From: an uncultured Alphaproteobacteria bacterium
Lineage (GTDB): Bacteria > Pseudomonadota > Alphaproteobacteria > Sphingomonadales > Sphingomonadaceae
Length of the DNA stretch: 64,000 nucleotides
Direction: 5' to 3'
NCBI GenBank assembly: GCA_963799315.1
Contig: CAWCWP010000003.1
Location: 1,828 to 65,827 of the forward strand
Shown: positions 1-11,139 of the stretch, one piece after another
Numbering within the stretch: position 1 is the first letter of the stretch
Layout: every line of letters begins with the position of its first letter
Made by a program: the position numbers and the translations under genes
Notes under the pieces: model-generated
What the model was told of the DNA's origin: nothing
Database searches by the model: none
Seen by the model: only the letters and a program-made list of their open reading frames with translations

Positions 1-475
1 CGAAGAGGACGGCCTGCCGGTCTTCCTGATTTTGCAGCAGGATGCCGATTTCTTCGGCGTAGAGGCACAGGCGCAACTCCCGCTGATCGACACCGACGGC
101 TTCGGCCTGCGCGCCGATTTGCGGGCGGAGTATATCGAGGCGGAACTGGACAATGGCAGCAATGTCCCGCGCATTCCGCCGCTTGGCTTGCTGGGTGCGC
201 TGGATGCGACGGTCGGTGGTTTCGATGCGCGCGTCGAAGTGCAGTATTTCGGCGAACAGAACGATGTCGCCGCGTTCGAACTGCCCACCGACGATTTCAC
301 CTTTGTGAATGCGTCGATCGGGTTCGACCCGCTACCGGGCAACGACACGATCCGGTTGCTGTTGCAGGCGGACAATATCTTCGACGTGACGGGCCGCCGC
401 CACGCCAGCTTCACCAAGGACTATGTCCCGCTGGCCGGACGCAACTTCAAGGTCAGCCTGCGCGGGAAGTTCTAG
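1..475 (+). CDS. TonB-dependent receptor, C-terminal part (5' truncated by window edge)
   Basis: Beta-barrel C-terminus with NIFD...GRNFKVSLRGKF and terminal Phe. Confidence 0.9.
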   Translation, partial: EEDGLPVFLILQQDADFFGVEAQAQLPLIDTDGFGLRADLRAEYIEAELDNGSNVPRIPPLGLLGALDATVGGFDARVEVQYFGEQNDVAAFELPTDDFTFVNASIGFDPLPGNDTIRLLLQADNIFDVTGRRHASFTKDYVPLAGRNFKVSLRGKF

Positions 476-482
476 GGTAATG

Positions 483-516
483 GGGGCCGGTGCCAATCCG
501 GTATGGCACCGGCCCC
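483..516. terminator. Hairpin between convergent genes
   Basis: GGGGCCGGTGCCA-N8-TGGCACCGGCCCC inverted repeat. Confidence 0.65.
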
Positions 517-525
517 TGCTTCTTG

Positions 526-1728
526 TCAGCTTTCCAGCGCGAAGGTCAGTTCGGCATGGTCGCGCAGCCGCTCGACCAGCGCCTCGCCAAGGATGGAGCC
601 GGGCAGGCCGACACCGCCGGGTGCATCGCTCTGCGTCAGCGCGATGCCCGTTTCGGCCAGCATGCGGCTGGTCGAGCCGTAGCCGGGATCGTAGCGGCCC
701 TTCACGCCGTAATGCAGCGTCTCGCCATCGGGATATTCGCCGATGAACAGGATGTCGTACATACCGTTCTCGCGTTCCTCCGCGCTCGGCCCTTCGCCGG
801 GCTTGGGCGGTTTCGCGCCGAACGGGTTCTTGACCATGTTCACCACCGCTTCGGCGGCCGCCTTGCCCGCATCGCCGGGGCTGGTCAGCACCATCTCGTC
901 ATAGCGGAAATCCTCGCCATAGGGGTGGCCGTTGAGGAAGTTGGTGCGGTGGACGTTCTTGGTGTTGATGGTCGCCATCACGAACGGTGCGGTCCATTTG
1001 CCCAGCGCTTCGTCATAGCTGGGGATCATGCCGTTGGGCTGTTTCGGGCCTTCGAAGCCCGGCGTCAGCGCGAAGGGATCGTTCAGTATGCTGATCAGCT
1101 TGGGGTTTTTCGCCGCTGCCTTCATCGTCTGCATCGCGCTAGCCGCGGTGCCGCCCGACCAGGTGCCTTTCATCGCGCGGATACGGCATTTGACGCGCGG
1201 GGCGGGCTTGCCGTGCTTCGCCACCGCTTCCTTCTGCAACATCAGCACGCCGAGGTCGAAGGGGATGCTGTCGAAGCCCGACGAAAACGCGATCCGCGCG
1301 CCGCTGGCCTTGGCGGCGTCGTGGTGCTTCCCGATCTGTTCGTGCATCCAGTTCGGCTCTCCGCACAAATCGGCATAGTCGGTACCGGTCGCAACGCAGG
1401 CGGCCAGCAGCGCGTCGCCATAGAGCTGGTACGGGCCGACCGTGGTCAGCACCACGCGGGTGCGGTTGCACATGGCGGTCAGGCTGGCGGCGTCGTCCGC
1501 ATCGGCGACCACCAGCGGCGTATCGGCAGGCGCGCCGATTTCATCGCGCACGCTTTCCAGCTTGGCCTGGCTGCGGCCCGCCATCGCCCATTTCGGCGCG
1601 TCCGGCCCGGAACTCGCAGCGCCACCATATTCGCGCACGAAATGTTCGGCGACAAGGCGGCCGGTATAGCCGGTGGCGCCATAGACTACGATATCGAATT
1701 CGCGGTCGGGTTTGGGAACGATGGTCAT
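526..1728 (-). CDS. Saccharopine dehydrogenase-like / trans-acting enoyl reductase
   Basis: FDIVVYGATGYTG Rossmann motif, VGPYQLYG, DLCGE, GFDSIPFDLG; GGAG RBS before ATG 1728. Confidence 0.85.
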   Translation of the reverse strand: MTIVPKPDREFDIVVYGATGYTGRLVAEHFVREYGGAASSGPDAPKWAMAGRSQAKLESVRDEIGAPADTPLVVADADDAASLTAMCNRTRVVLTTVGPYQLYGDALLAACVATGTDYADLCGEPNWMHEQIGKHHDAAKASGARIAFSSGFDSIPFDLGVLMLQKEAVAKHGKPAPRVKCRIRAMKGTWSGGTAASAMQTMKAAAKNPKLISILNDPFALTPGFEGPKQPNGMIPSYDEALGKWTAPFVMATINTKNVHRTNFLNGHPYGEDFRYDEMVLTSPGDAGKAAAEAVVNMVKNPFGAKPPKPGEGPSAEERENGMYDILFIGEYPDGETLHYGVKGRYDPGYGSTSRMLAETGIALTQSDAPGGVGLPGSILGEALVERLRDHAELTFALES

Positions 1729-1750
1729 CGGCATTCTCCGTAAAAAGGGT

Positions 1751-2305
1751 CTAAAGTCGCGGGAGGGTAACGCCGCGCTGGCCCATATATTTCCCGGCCC
1801 GGTCGGCATAGGTGGTTTCGGGGCGGGCATTGCCTTTGAGGAAAAGAAACTGGCACGCGCCTTCATTGGCGTAAATCTTGGCGGGCAGCGGGGTGGTGTT
1901 GGAAAATTCCAGCGTCACATGCCCTTCCCATCCCGGTTCCAGCGGGGTGACATTCACGATGATGCCGCACCGCGCATAGGTGCTTTTGCCGAGGCAGATC
2001 ACCAGCACATCTTCCGGCACGCGGAAATATTCCACCGTGCGCGCCAGCGCGAAGCTGTTGGGCGGGATGACGCAAATGTCGGTCTTGCGATCCACGAAAC
2101 TGTTGGCGGCGAAGTCCTTGGGGTCGACCACCGCGCTGTCGACATTGGTGAAGATCTTGAAATCGTCCGCAACCCGCGCATCGTAGCCGAAGGAAGACAG
2201 GCCGTAGGAAATGCAGCCTTCCCGACGCTGCGCCTCCACGAAGGGTTCGATCATGCGCTGTTTGGTCGCGGCGTCGCGGATCCAGATGTCGTTGAGAATT
2301 GCCAT
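1751..2305 (-). CDS. dcd: dCTP deaminase
   Basis: [28 protein letters not shown] motifs. Confidence 0.97.
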   Translation of the reverse strand: MAILNDIWIRDAATKQRMIEPFVEAQRREGCISYGLSSFGYDARVADDFKIFTNVDSAVVDPKDFAANSFVDRKTDICVIPPNSFALARTVEYFRVPEDVLVICLGKSTYARCGIIVNVTPLEPGWEGHVTLEFSNTTPLPAKIYANEGACQFLFLKGNARPETTYADRAGKYMGQRGVTLPRL

Positions 2306-2308
2306 GCG

Positions 2309-2830
2309 TCAGATCTGCCGCGCGCCAAGCTGCGGGTTCAGCGTTGCCACGCGGTTCAGCCAGCTTTTCGGCTTGCGCAGCAGCTTCTTCGGGTAATCAA
2401 CCTTCAGCCCCGCAATCTGCGCCATCGCGCCGACGAAGTGGATGCAGTTGCGGTTGCCCAGATCGTAATACTTGCCCGGAGCATCGCGCCATTGCACCAT
2501 CGTCGCGCGCACCTTGCCAACCTGTGCATCGTCAAGGGTGACGGTAAAGTGCCGGTTGGTGCTACGGACATATTTGGGTTTCTCGACCATCACGATGTGT
2601 TTCACCGGGCCGGTCAGGACGGCGGGTGTCACGTTCTTGGCGCTGAAGCCGTAATTCTCGTCGACCGGTGTGCCGTCCTCCATCGTGCCTTCCAGCACCA
2701 CGAAAGTATGCGGATAGCGCCCGAATAGCGACCCGTTGAAACTGTGGAAGCTCATCTCGACCGCAGCGGACGCCATCGGCGACCAGACAAGTGCCATCAG
2801 CGTGGCGAGCAGGGCAAACATTCTCGGCAT
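2309..2830 (-). CDS. Secreted hypothetical protein (His and NC motifs, possibly permuted papain-like)
   Basis: Signal peptide MPRMFALLATL...ASA; PHTF and RNCIHFV motifs. Confidence 0.65.
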   Translation of the reverse strand: MPRMFALLATLMALVWSPMASAAVEMSFHSFNGSLFGRYPHTFVVLEGTMEDGTPVDENYGFSAKNVTPAVLTGPVKHIVMVEKPKYVRSTNRHFTVTLDDAQVGKVRATMVQWRDAPGKYYDLGNRNCIHFVGAMAQIAGLKVDYPKKLLRKPKSWLNRVATLNPQLGARQI

Positions 2831-2855
2831 GGCGCGCCTATAGCCCGCGCGCGTC

Positions 2856-5800
2856 TCAATCCGCAACCAAGCCACCCGCCGCCGCCAGCAGCGAGGCATT
2901 GCCGCCCGCCGCCGTCGTATCCACGCTGACCACCCGCTCGGTGGCGAAGCGGGCAAGGTAATGCGGGCCACCAGCCTTGGGGCCGGTGCCGGACAATCCC
3001 TCGCCGCCGAAAGGCTGGCTTTCCACCACCGCGCCGATCTGGTTGCGATTGACGTAGAAATTGCCGACGCGGGCGTGGACCTCGACGAACGCGCGCACTG
3101 CGTCGATGCGGCTGTGCAGGCCCAGCGTCAGGCCGTACCCGGTGGCGTTGATGTCCTCCACGACCTTGCCCAGATCCGGGCTGGCGAACCGCGCGACATG
3201 CAGCACCGGCCCGAAGTTCTCGCGCCGCAGGTCGAGGATGGAATCGATCTCGATAATGGTCGGCGCAACGAAGCATCCATTGCTCAGCCCGCGCGGCAGG
3301 GTGCGGCGCAACACCTGTCGCCCGTTCTTGCGGCGGCGGGCGACATGGCGTTCCAGCGCGGCCTTGGCATCGGGGTCGATGACCGGGCCGACATCGACAT
3401 CGAACCGCGCCGGATCGCCGATATTGAGCATGGCGAACGCGCCCCGGATCATCTCCAGCATATCGTCCGCAATATCGGCTTGCAGATAGAGCATCCGCAG
3501 TGCCGAACATCGCTGTCCCGCGCTTTGGAACGCGCTGGCCACCACGTCGCGCGTCACTTGTTCGGGCAGCGCGGAGCTATCCACGATCATTGCGTTCTGG
3601 CCGCCGGTTTCGGCGATGAACGGCACGATCGGCCCCTCGCGAGCTGCCAGCGCGCGGTTGATCGCTTGCGCGGTGGCGGTGGAGCCGGTGAAGGCGACCC
3701 CGGCGATGCGCGGATCGGCGGTAATCCATTGCCCGACCTCGCCCGGTCCGGGGAGCAGTTGCAGCGCCTCGCACGGAATACCCGCCTCGTGGCACAGACG
3801 CACCGCCAGCGCGGCGATCAGCGGCGTCTGTTCGGCAGGCTTGGCGACGACCGTGTTGCCTGCTGCCAACGCAGCGGCGGCAGGGCCGATGAAGATGGCG
3901 AGCGGGAAGTTCCACGGGCTGATCGTGGCGAACACGCCACGTCCCGCCAGCCGCAGCCGGTTTTCCTCCCCCGTCGGCCCCGGCAGCATGGTCGGCGCGG
4001 TGAAGGACCGGCGCGCCTCGGCGGCGTAATAGCGCAGGAAGTCTACCGCCTCGCGCAGTTCCAGCACCCCGTCGAGCAGGGTTTTGCCCGCTTCGCGCCG
4101 GCACAGGCTGAGGAATTCGTCGCGGTGATCCTCGAACAGGTCTGCCGCCGCTTCCAGCAACAGCGCGCGTTTCTCGCCGCCCAGCCGGTCCCACCCTGGC
4201 TGGATTGCCTGCGCTTCGGCGATGGCATGGGCGACCTCGGCCTGCGTGGTGTCGCGCCGCGTGCCGACTTCGCGCGTCAGGTCCTGCGGCGCGTTGATCG
4301 GCGCGGTTTCGCCCGGATCGCGGGAGGCCAACGTGGGTTCGGCGGACCAGCCATGCGCTTCCAGTGCATCGAGCCGCACCAGCAGCGGTTCGCGGACCAG
4401 CGGATCGGACAGGTCGGTGCCCGCGCTGTTGCGACGCGCGCCGAAGATGTCGGCGGGCAGCGGGATGTCCGGATTGCGCGTCGGTTCCGTCGCGGCCAAC
4501 TCCGCAACCGGATCGGTCGCCAGCGCGGCGGCGGGCACTCCGGCATCGGCCATACGGTTGACGAAGGAACTGTTCGCCCCGTTCTCCAGCAGGCGGCGCA
4601 CCAGATAGGCAAGCAGGTCGCTGTGATTGCCCACGGGCGCGTAGATACGCACCGGCGTCACGGCATTGCCCTCGTGGCTGCGCAGCGCGGCATAGATATC
4701 CTCGCCCATGCCGTGCAGCCGCTGGAACTCGAACCCGTTATTGTCCTGCGCCGCGCCAAGCTGCTTGATGGCGGCAACGGTGTAGGCGTTGTGCGTGGCG
4801 AAGGCGGGAAAGACCGCATCGGGCGCGGCCAGCAGTTTCTGCGCGCAGGCGAGATAGGAGACATCGGTCGCGGTCTTGCGCGTGAACACGGGATAGTCGG
4901 TATAGCCGCCCACCTGCGTCAGCTTGATCTCGCTGTCCCAATAGGCGCCCTTGACCAGCCGCACGAGGAAGCGCCGGTCGTATCGCCGCGCCAGCTTCAC
5001 CACCCAGTCCACCAGCGGCACGGCGCGTTTCTGGTACGCCTGTATGGCGAGGCCGAAGCCCTGCCACTGGCCTACACCGTCACCGCCGGAAAACAGCGCA
5101 TCGTCCGCCGCCAGCGCCTCAATGATGTCCATCGAGATTTCGAGCCGGTCCGCTTCCTCCGCATCCAGCGTGAAATGCACATCGGCCGCGCGCGCCTGCA
5201 TCGCCAGCGCGCGCACCACCGGCACCAGATGCGCGATGGCGGCCTTTGCGTGGAAGACATCGTAAAGCGGGTAAAGCGCCGATAGCTTGACCGAGATACC
5301 CGGCGCGCGTCCTGTGCCGGTCGCAGCCACTTTCGCCACCTCGGCAATCGCATTCTCGTAGGACACGCGATAGCGTTCGGCATCGGCCATCGTCATCGCC
5401 GCTTCGCCCAGCATGTCGAAGCTGTGCGACAGGCCGTCCTGCATTTCGGGCTTCGCGCGTTTCAGCGCCTCGCCGATATTGCGGCCATAGACAAACTGCC
5501 CGCCAAGGATTCGCATGGCCTGCAACGTGGCGGTGCGGATGACGGGTTCGCCCAGCCGGTTCATCGTGCGCTTCAGCGTGGACCCCATGCCGCGCTGGTG
5601 CGCTTCGGGGCGTTCCAGCACTTCGCCCGTCAGCATCAGCGAAAAGGTAGCGGCATTGACGAAGGTGGAGCTGGAGTCGCCCAGGTGCTCGCTCCAGTCG
5701 ATATCGCCCAGCTTGTCGCGGATCAGCGCATCGGCGGTGGCGCTGTCGGGCACGCGCAGCAGCGCCTCGGCAAGGCACATCAGCGCGATGCCTTCCTCGG

Positions 5801-6011
5801 TATCCAGGCCGAACTGGTGCAGGAACGCGTCGATGCCGGTCGCCTTGCGGCGGCGCGCATCCTCGATCAGCGTGGTGGCGAGGGCGGCGTTCTCGTCATG
5901 CCGACGCGAAACCGGGGCAGCCTGCTGCAACCGGTCTGCCACGCACACCGCTTCCTCCTGCCGATAGGCGGCACGCAGCGTGCTGCGGTCGAGCGGGGCG
6001 GGGTGGGTCAT
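2856..6011 (-). CDS. putA: Bifunctional proline dehydrogenase / P5C dehydrogenase
   Basis: SFDMLGEAA, VRLVKGAYWD, FATHN, RRLLENGANSSF, SAGQRCSALR, GPKAGGPHYL. Confidence 0.97.
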   Translation of the reverse strand: MTHPAPLDRSTLRAAYRQEEAVCVADRLQQAAPVSRRHDENAALATTLIEDARRRKATGIDAFLHQFGLDTEEGIALMCLAEALLRVPDSATADALIRDKLGDIDWSEHLGDSSSTFVNAATFSLMLTGEVLERPEAHQRGMGSTLKRTMNRLGEPVIRTATLQAMRILGGQFVYGRNIGEALKRAKPEMQDGLSHSFDMLGEAAMTMADAERYRVSYENAIAEVAKVAATGTGRAPGISVKLSALYPLYDVFHAKAAIAHLVPVVRALAMQARAADVHFTLDAEEADRLEISMDIIEALAADDALFSGGDGVGQWQGFGLAIQAYQKRAVPLVDWVVKLARRYDRRFLVRLVKGAYWDSEIKLTQVGGYTDYPVFTRKTATDVSYLACAQKLLAAPDAVFPAFATHNAYTVAAIKQLGAAQDNNGFEFQRLHGMGEDIYAALRSHEGNAVTPVRIYAPVGNHSDLLAYLVRRLLENGANSSFVNRMADAGVPAAALATDPVAELAATEPTRNPDIPLPADIFGARRNSAGTDLSDPLVREPLLVRLDALEAHGWSAEPTLASRDPGETAPINAPQDLTREVGTRRDTTQAEVAHAIAEAQAIQPGWDRLGGEKRALLLEAAADLFEDHRDEFLSLCRREAGKTLLDGVLELREAVDFLRYYAAEARRSFTAPTMLPGPTGEENRLRLAGRGVFATISPWNFPLAIFIGPAAAALAAGNTVVAKPAEQTPLIAALAVRLCHEAGIPCEALQLLPGPGEVGQWITADPRIAGVAFTGSTATAQAINRALAAREGPIVPFIAETGGQNAMIVDSSALPEQVTRDVVASAFQSAGQRCSALRMLYLQADIADDMLEMIRGAFAMLNIGDPARFDVDVGPVIDPDAKAALERHVARRRKNGRQVLRRTLPRGLSNGCFVAPTIIEIDSILDLRRENFGPVLHVARFASPDLGKVVEDINATGYGLTLGLHSRIDAVRAFVEVHARVGNFYVNRNQIGAVVESQPFGGEGLSGTGPKAGGPHYLARFATERVVSVDTTAAGGNASLLAAAGGLVAD

Positions 6012-6129
6012 GCGCGGCTCCGGAGAATGGCTTGGCACTGTATCTGCACCGCGCGCGCCTTGCGTTCAAGCGTCGCCGCCGTCACCACACCTTTGATAGT
6101 ATTCTTGTTATAGCTTGGGGAGATACGCG

Positions 6130-6582
6130 ATGGCAGGCCGGACATTCGACGCATGGGCAGTGGGCGACCGGATCGAACACGAGATACGCCGCACGGTGAC
6201 CGAAACGGACAATCTGCTGTTCACCACCATGACTCACAATCCGCAGCCGCTGCATCTCGATGCCGAAGCGGCGCGGGAAAGCGAATTCGGGCAGATACTG
6301 GTGAACGGCACCTACACGTTTGCGCTGATGGTGGGGCTGAGCGTGGGCGACACGACGCTGGGCACGCTGGTCGCCAATCTGGGCTATACCGATCTGACCA
6401 TGCCCAAGCCGGTGTTCCTGGGCGATACGCTGCGCGCGACCAGCGAGGTGGCGGAACTGCGCGCGTCGAAATCGCGGCCCGGTGCGGGTATCGTGACCTT
6501 CGCGCACGAAGCGCTGAACCAGCGCGACGAAGTGGTGTGCCGGTGCCTGCGCGCGGCGCTGCTGAAAGGTTCTGCGGCCTAG
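6130..6582 (+). CDS. MaoC family dehydratase
   Basis: [17 protein letters not shown] hot-dog fold motif, PVFLGDTL. Confidence 0.9.
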   Translation: MAGRTFDAWAVGDRIEHEIRRTVTETDNLLFTTMTHNPQPLHLDAEAARESEFGQILVNGTYTFALMVGLSVGDTTLGTLVANLGYTDLTMPKPVFLGDTLRATSEVAELRASKSRPGAGIVTFAHEALNQRDEVVCRCLRAALLKGSAA

Positions 6583-8003
6583 GGGTTCGGCGTAGTCGGC
6601 ACGCTGCCACCCAGCGCCTGCCACAACACGATCCGCGCGCGCTGCGCACGACCCTGTGCCGCCGCGACCCGATCGCCGCTGGCATCGGCGGTGCGGCGGG
6701 ATTCGAGCACGGTCAGGAAATCGCTGAGGCCCGCGCGGTACCGCGTATCGGCCAATCGCGCTGCCCGTTCCGCGCTGGCGAATTCGGCTTGCGCTGCGGC
6801 CAGCTCGGCATCGGCGGCTGCAACCAGCCCATAGCCCGTTTCCGCTTCGCCCAGGGCCGTGAACACCGCCCCGCGATAGGCTTCGAACGCGATCCGCTTG
6901 TCGGCTTCGGCGGCGTCGATGCCGGCCCCCACGCGCCCGAAATCGACGATGGGCGCAAGCAAACCGCCGACAACCGATCCGACGATGGAGTCGTTATCGA
7001 ATACATCGCCGATATCGAACGCCAGCAGCCCCAGCGTGGCGCTCAGGTCGAATTGCGGAAACCGGCGCGCGGCGGCGGCATAGAGGTCGGCATCGCTGGC
7101 GGCGAGGCGGGCGGCGGCGGCCTGTATGTCGGGGCGATTGGCGAGGAGTGCCGAGGGCAGCGTCGCGGGCGGTGCGGGTTGCGTCGTCGCGCCTTTTTCC
7201 TGCGCCAACGCCGTGCGAACCTGTTGTGCGGGCTGCGCCGTCAGCGTTGTAAGCCGCCCGATCAGCCGCGCGCGGTCGCTGTCCAGCGCGGTCAGGCGGC
7301 TGCGGCTGGCGGCGGCGATGCTTTCGGCGCGTACCCGGTCGAAACCGGGCGACAGGCCCGCCCGCTCGCGCGTCCCCGCCAACTGCGCCAGCCGCTCCGC
7401 CGCCGCGAGGTCTTCGCCCAACGCAGCCTCGCGCGCCGCCAGCGTGCGCCAATCCACGACAGCGCCTGCAATCTCGCCCAGCAGCGCCAGCCGCACCGCC
7501 GCCGCATCCGCACCCGCCGCATCGATCCGCGCCAGTGCGCCGCGTTCCTGCGCGCGCAGACGACCGAAGATGTCGGGATCCCACGCAGCGACAAGGTTCG
7601 CGCCGTAAATTACCTGGTCACGGTCGATATTCACGCCGGGCGGCAAGGCCCCGCCGAATTGCGCGGGATTGATGCGCTGGCCGGTGATGCTGGCGTTGGC
7701 CGAAAGCGAAGGCAGGCGGTTCGCACCCGCCAGCCGCGCCCCGGCCCGCGCCGCATCGATCCGCGCGATGGCTTCCGCCAGTCGCGGCGCATCGGCCAGC
7801 GCCAGAGCGGACAGGTCGCGCCATGCCGGATCGTTTTGCGGCAACAGCGCTTCGACGGAAGCGGCGGTGCCGGTATCGGGCTGAAAAGCAAACGATGCGG
7901 GCAGCGCGGGTGGCCCCATATCCGTTGTCGCAGACGGACCTGCCACACATGCACCCAGCGATGCAGAAACCAGCGCAACCAGTCCCAGTCGGTGCCGGAT
8001 CAT
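6579..8003 (-). CDS. Efflux outer membrane lipoprotein (NodT/TolC family)
   Basis: Lipobox [18 protein letters not shown] terminus. Confidence 0.92.
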   Translation of the reverse strand: MIRHRLGLVALVSASLGACVAGPSATTDMGPPALPASFAFQPDTGTAASVEALLPQNDPAWRDLSALALADAPRLAEAIARIDAARAGARLAGANRLPSLSANASITGQRINPAQFGGALPPGVNIDRDQVIYGANLVAAWDPDIFGRLRAQERGALARIDAAGADAAAVRLALLGEIAGAVVDWRTLAAREAALGEDLAAAERLAQLAGTRERAGLSPGFDRVRAESIAAASRSRLTALDSDRARLIGRLTTLTAQPAQQVRTALAQEKGATTQPAPPATLPSALLANRPDIQAAAARLAASDADLYAAAARRFPQFDLSATLGLLAFDIGDVFDNDSIVGSVVGGLLAPIVDFGRVGAGIDAAEADKRIAFEAYRGAVFTALGEAETGYGLVAAADAELAAAQAEFASAERAARLADTRYRAGLSDFLTVLESRRTADASGDRVAAAQGRAQRARIVLWQALGGSVPTTPNP

Positions 8004-9067
8004 TCGCCTTCGTCCACGTTTTTGGCAGGCGCCTTTTTCGCCGCCTCGCGCTTGGCAGGAATGAAGGCATCGACTTGCTGGCCGACGCGGAACAGGCCCT
8101 CCTGTCCGGCGGCGCTAGCGGGCAATTCGTAAATCACCTGCAACACCCGCACGTCGACCCGCTCGGTGGCGCTGTTGGTCAGCGAGCGTTTGGGCGTGAC
8201 TTGCGGTTCGACGCGGACGAAGCGGGCCTGCACCTGTCGTCCCGCCGCGCCGCGCGGGCTGACCGTGGCGGGTTTGCCGATGTCGAGGCGGGGCGCTTGC
8301 TCTTCGTCGATATCGATGCGGATATGCAGCGGGCGGGTTTCGCCCATCGCGATGAAACTGGCGCTGCCGCCCATCGTGGAAACATACTCGCCGGGACGGA
8401 TATCGACGCTGAGGATCTCGCCCGCAATCGGTGCGCGCACGGTGGCCCGTCCGATCTCGGTACGGCTGGTACCCGATTGCGCCTGCGCACTGCGCAACCG
8501 TGCGCGGGCGGCATCGGCGCGGGCCTGCGCCAGCTGTCGCCGTTCGCGCGCAGTGCTGGCCTCGCCTTCGGCACGGATCACTTCGGCGCGGCTGACGGCG
8601 GCGGCATCGTCGACATTGCGATACAGCGCAAGCTGGCGTGCGGCAGTCGCTTCGGCGGCGCGCGCTTCGGCAATGGCGGCGTCCGCTTCGGCGATGGCGG
8701 CGCGCGCTTCGCCCACGGCGGCGTCGGACTGGCCAAGCTGCGCCTGCAAGGCGCGCGTATCGACAACGAATAGCGGTTGTCCCTTGTCCACGAAGTCACC
8801 CGGCTGCACGCGCAAATCCGTGACGAGGCCGGCGAGTGCGGTGCCGATCTGGATCACTTCGCTGCTCGGCTCCACCACACCGGCTCCGGCAACGCGCGGC
8901 GCATCGGCCAAGGCACCGGTGGCACGTGGCGGTTCACGGTCGGGCTCCTCCAGTTCGCGGTCGGGCTGGCCACTGAAAATGAAGAACGCGGCCACGACCA
9001 GCCCGACAATGGCCAGCACCGGCAGCACCTGACGCGAGAAACTGAAATTTTGCGGAAGTATCGCCAT
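8000..9067 (-). CDS. Efflux membrane-fusion (periplasmic adaptor) protein
   Basis: N-terminal [16 protein letters not shown], coiled coil, VRAPIAGEI. Confidence 0.92.
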   Translation of the reverse strand: MAILPQNFSFSRQVLPVLAIVGLVVAAFFIFSGQPDRELEEPDREPPRATGALADAPRVAGAGVVEPSSEVIQIGTALAGLVTDLRVQPGDFVDKGQPLFVVDTRALQAQLGQSDAAVGEARAAIAEADAAIAEARAAEATAARQLALYRNVDDAAAVSRAEVIRAEGEASTARERRQLAQARADAARARLRSAQAQSGTSRTEIGRATVRAPIAGEILSVDIRPGEYVSTMGGSASFIAMGETRPLHIRIDIDEEQAPRLDIGKPATVSPRGAAGRQVQARFVRVEPQVTPKRSLTNSATERVDVRVLQVIYELPASAAGQEGLFRVGQQVDAFIPAKREAAKKAPAKNVDEGE

Positions 9068-9093
9068 TGTCGTTTGGTCCTGATGGCTCGCGT

Positions 9094-9870
9094 TTATGCG
9101 GTTTCGTCGGCTTGGTTTTCGGTGTTGTCTTCGGCCTGCCCGCTGTCGGCCAGCTCGTCGTCCGAAGGCATTTCGGTGCCGTCATGCGTGATGCGTCCAT
9201 CCTCCAGCACGAGGATACGGTCGGCGAGGTCGAAGATACGGTTGTCGTGCGTGACGATGATAACGCTGCGGTCCTCCGCCACGCCCACTTCGCGCAGCAG
9301 GTCCATCACGCGCCGCCCTGACTTGGCGTCGAGCGCGGCGGTCGGTTCGTCGCACACCACCAGCCGGGGTTCGTGGACCAGCGCGCGGGCGATGGCGACG
9401 CGCTGCTGTTGTCCGCCGGAAAGCTGGTTCGGCAGCTTGTCCGCCTGGTCGCCGATATTGAGTTTTTCCAGCATCCCGACGGCTTTCTCGCGCGCTTCGT
9501 GCCGGTCCATCCCCTGCGCGATTAGTGGCACCGCCGCATTGGAGGCCGCGTCGATGGAAGGGATGAGGTTATACTGCTGGAAGATGAAGCCGATGTTCTG
9601 GAGGCGGAAATCGACCAGTTCGGTATCGCCCAGATTGTAGATGTCGGTGCCGAAGACCTGCACCTCGCCCTCGGTCGGCCACAATATGCCGCACATAATC
9701 GAAATCAGCGTTGTCTTGCCCGAACCGGACTCGCCGACGAGGTAGGTCAGTTCGCCCGGACGGATGTCGAGGTCGATCCCGTGCAGCACGGTGATGGTGT
9801 TCTGTCCCGCCGTGAAATCGCGCGTGACGCCGACGGTGTGGATTGCCGCTTGGTTCGTGTCCTTGGCCAT
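9094..9870 (-). CDS. ABC transporter ATP-binding protein (MacB/DevA-like)
   Basis: [28 protein letters not shown]; start MAKDTN at 9870 inside the longer track ORF. Confidence 0.95.
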   Translation of the reverse strand: MAKDTNQAAIHTVGVTRDFTAGQNTITVLHGIDLDIRPGELTYLVGESGSGKTTLISIMCGILWPTEGEVQVFGTDIYNLGDTELVDFRLQNIGFIFQQYNLIPSIDAASNAAVPLIAQGMDRHEAREKAVGMLEKLNIGDQADKLPNQLSGGQQQRVAIARALVHEPRLVVCDEPTAALDAKSGRRVMDLLREVGVAEDRSVIIVTHDNRIFDLADRILVLEDGRITHDGTEMPSDDELADSGQAEDNTENQADETA

Positions 9871-11006
9871 CACCGGAACACCGCAGCCGGTTCGGTCTTG
9901 AGCACTGTGCGCAGCGACAGCCAGCCGGTCAGCGCCAGAATGATGAACACCGCCGTCAGGCTGATGAGCGGAACCTGCCACGGGATGTAGAACCCCTTGA
10001 AGGTCGGTACGCCCGAAAAGCCCCAGATAAACAGCGCGGTACCGATGACGCCGAAGCCATAGCCGATAATGCCGACCAGCGCCGCCTGTGCAGCCACCAT
10101 GCGCCGGATCTTTGCATTGGTCACGCCGATCGCCTTCAATGCGCCGAATTGCTTTATGTTGTCGCGGATGAACAGGCTGAAGGTCAGGCCGACGATGGCG
10201 ACGCCGACGATGAAGCCCAGCGCCACGGTAATCCCGAAATTGAGCGGGATGCCGGTGTTCTCGATAATGAAGTTTACGCCATCCTGCGCGAATTGCTCGC
10301 GTGGTCGGGCGCGCAGGCCGGTCGCGTCCTCGATTTCCTTGGCCAGCACTTCTGTATCCGCGCCCTCGCCTGCGCCGACCAGCACGAAGGTCATGCGGTT
10401 GCGCGTGCCGGGCACATAATTCAGCGCGCGGCTGTATTTGGTATAAAGCGTGACCTGGCTGGTAAAGCTGGGGATGGCATCGGCGACGCCGCGTATCACC
10501 GCGCGCTGGTCGTTCAGTTCGAGGCGCGCGCCGACGGGGCTTTGTTCCGGCGCGAACAGGTTGAGCGCCCCGACATCGTCGATAATCACGCTGTCGGGCC
10601 GTGAAAGCACATCGACGCTGCCTTCGCGCATCTGCTTGGGCATGCCGATCAGCGAGGCATCGTCCACGCCCACCACGGTTACGCCTTCCAGATCGCCGTC
10701 CACCGTCCGCACCGACGCGCCTGCGCGCAGATGCGGCACCGCCCATTCGACGCCGGGGACCGCGCGCACCTTGTCGAGGGCTGTTGCAGGCATCGGGAAA
10801 TTGACTTCGGTGGTCCGGCTGACCTCGTCCATCACCCAGATATCGGCGGTGGGCACGTTGAACACGCCGCTGCCGCCGCGCTCGATCAGGTTGACGAAAA
10901 TCGTCAGCTGCTGCGTGATAAGCAGGGTGGAGAAGGCGATGCCGAACACCAGCCCGTAAAACTTCTGCTTGTCGCCCGTCAGCATGCGGATGGCGATCCA
11001 TAGCAT
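9870..11006 (-). CDS. ABC transporter permease (FtsX/DevC-like)
   Basis: One N-terminal TM, periplasmic domain, FGALKAIG, three C-terminal TMs. Confidence 0.92.
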   Translation of the reverse strand: MLWIAIRMLTGDKQKFYGLVFGIAFSTLLITQQLTIFVNLIERGGSGVFNVPTADIWVMDEVSRTTEVNFPMPATALDKVRAVPGVEWAVPHLRAGASVRTVDGDLEGVTVVGVDDASLIGMPKQMREGSVDVLSRPDSVIIDDVGALNLFAPEQSPVGARLELNDQRAVIRGVADAIPSFTSQVTLYTKYSRALNYVPGTRNRMTFVLVGAGEGADTEVLAKEIEDATGLRARPREQFAQDGVNFIIENTGIPLNFGITVALGFIVGVAIVGLTFSLFIRDNIKQFGALKAIGVTNAKIRRMVAAQAALVGIIGYGFGVIGTALFIWGFSGVPTFKGFYIPWQVPLISLTAVFIILALTGWLSLRTVLKTEPAAVFR

Positions 11007-11070
11007 CGTTTCGAAACCACCCTTGTGTTAGCACGCGGGGTTGCGGCAGCGTGCGGCAACCGCCATGAAG

Positions 11071-11104
11071 TGAACGGTGGCGTTCAACTGAACGGTCCCG
11101 TTCA
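11071..11104. promoter_or_regulatory. Tandem palindromic operators, probable TetR binding sites
   Basis: TGAACG-GTGG-CGTTCA (11071-11086) and TGAACG-GTCC-CGTTCA (11089-11104) between divergent tetR and efflux operon. Confidence 0.75.
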
Positions 11105-11139
11105 GCCTGTCAACAGCCTGTTTGGTGTACACAGCAGAT

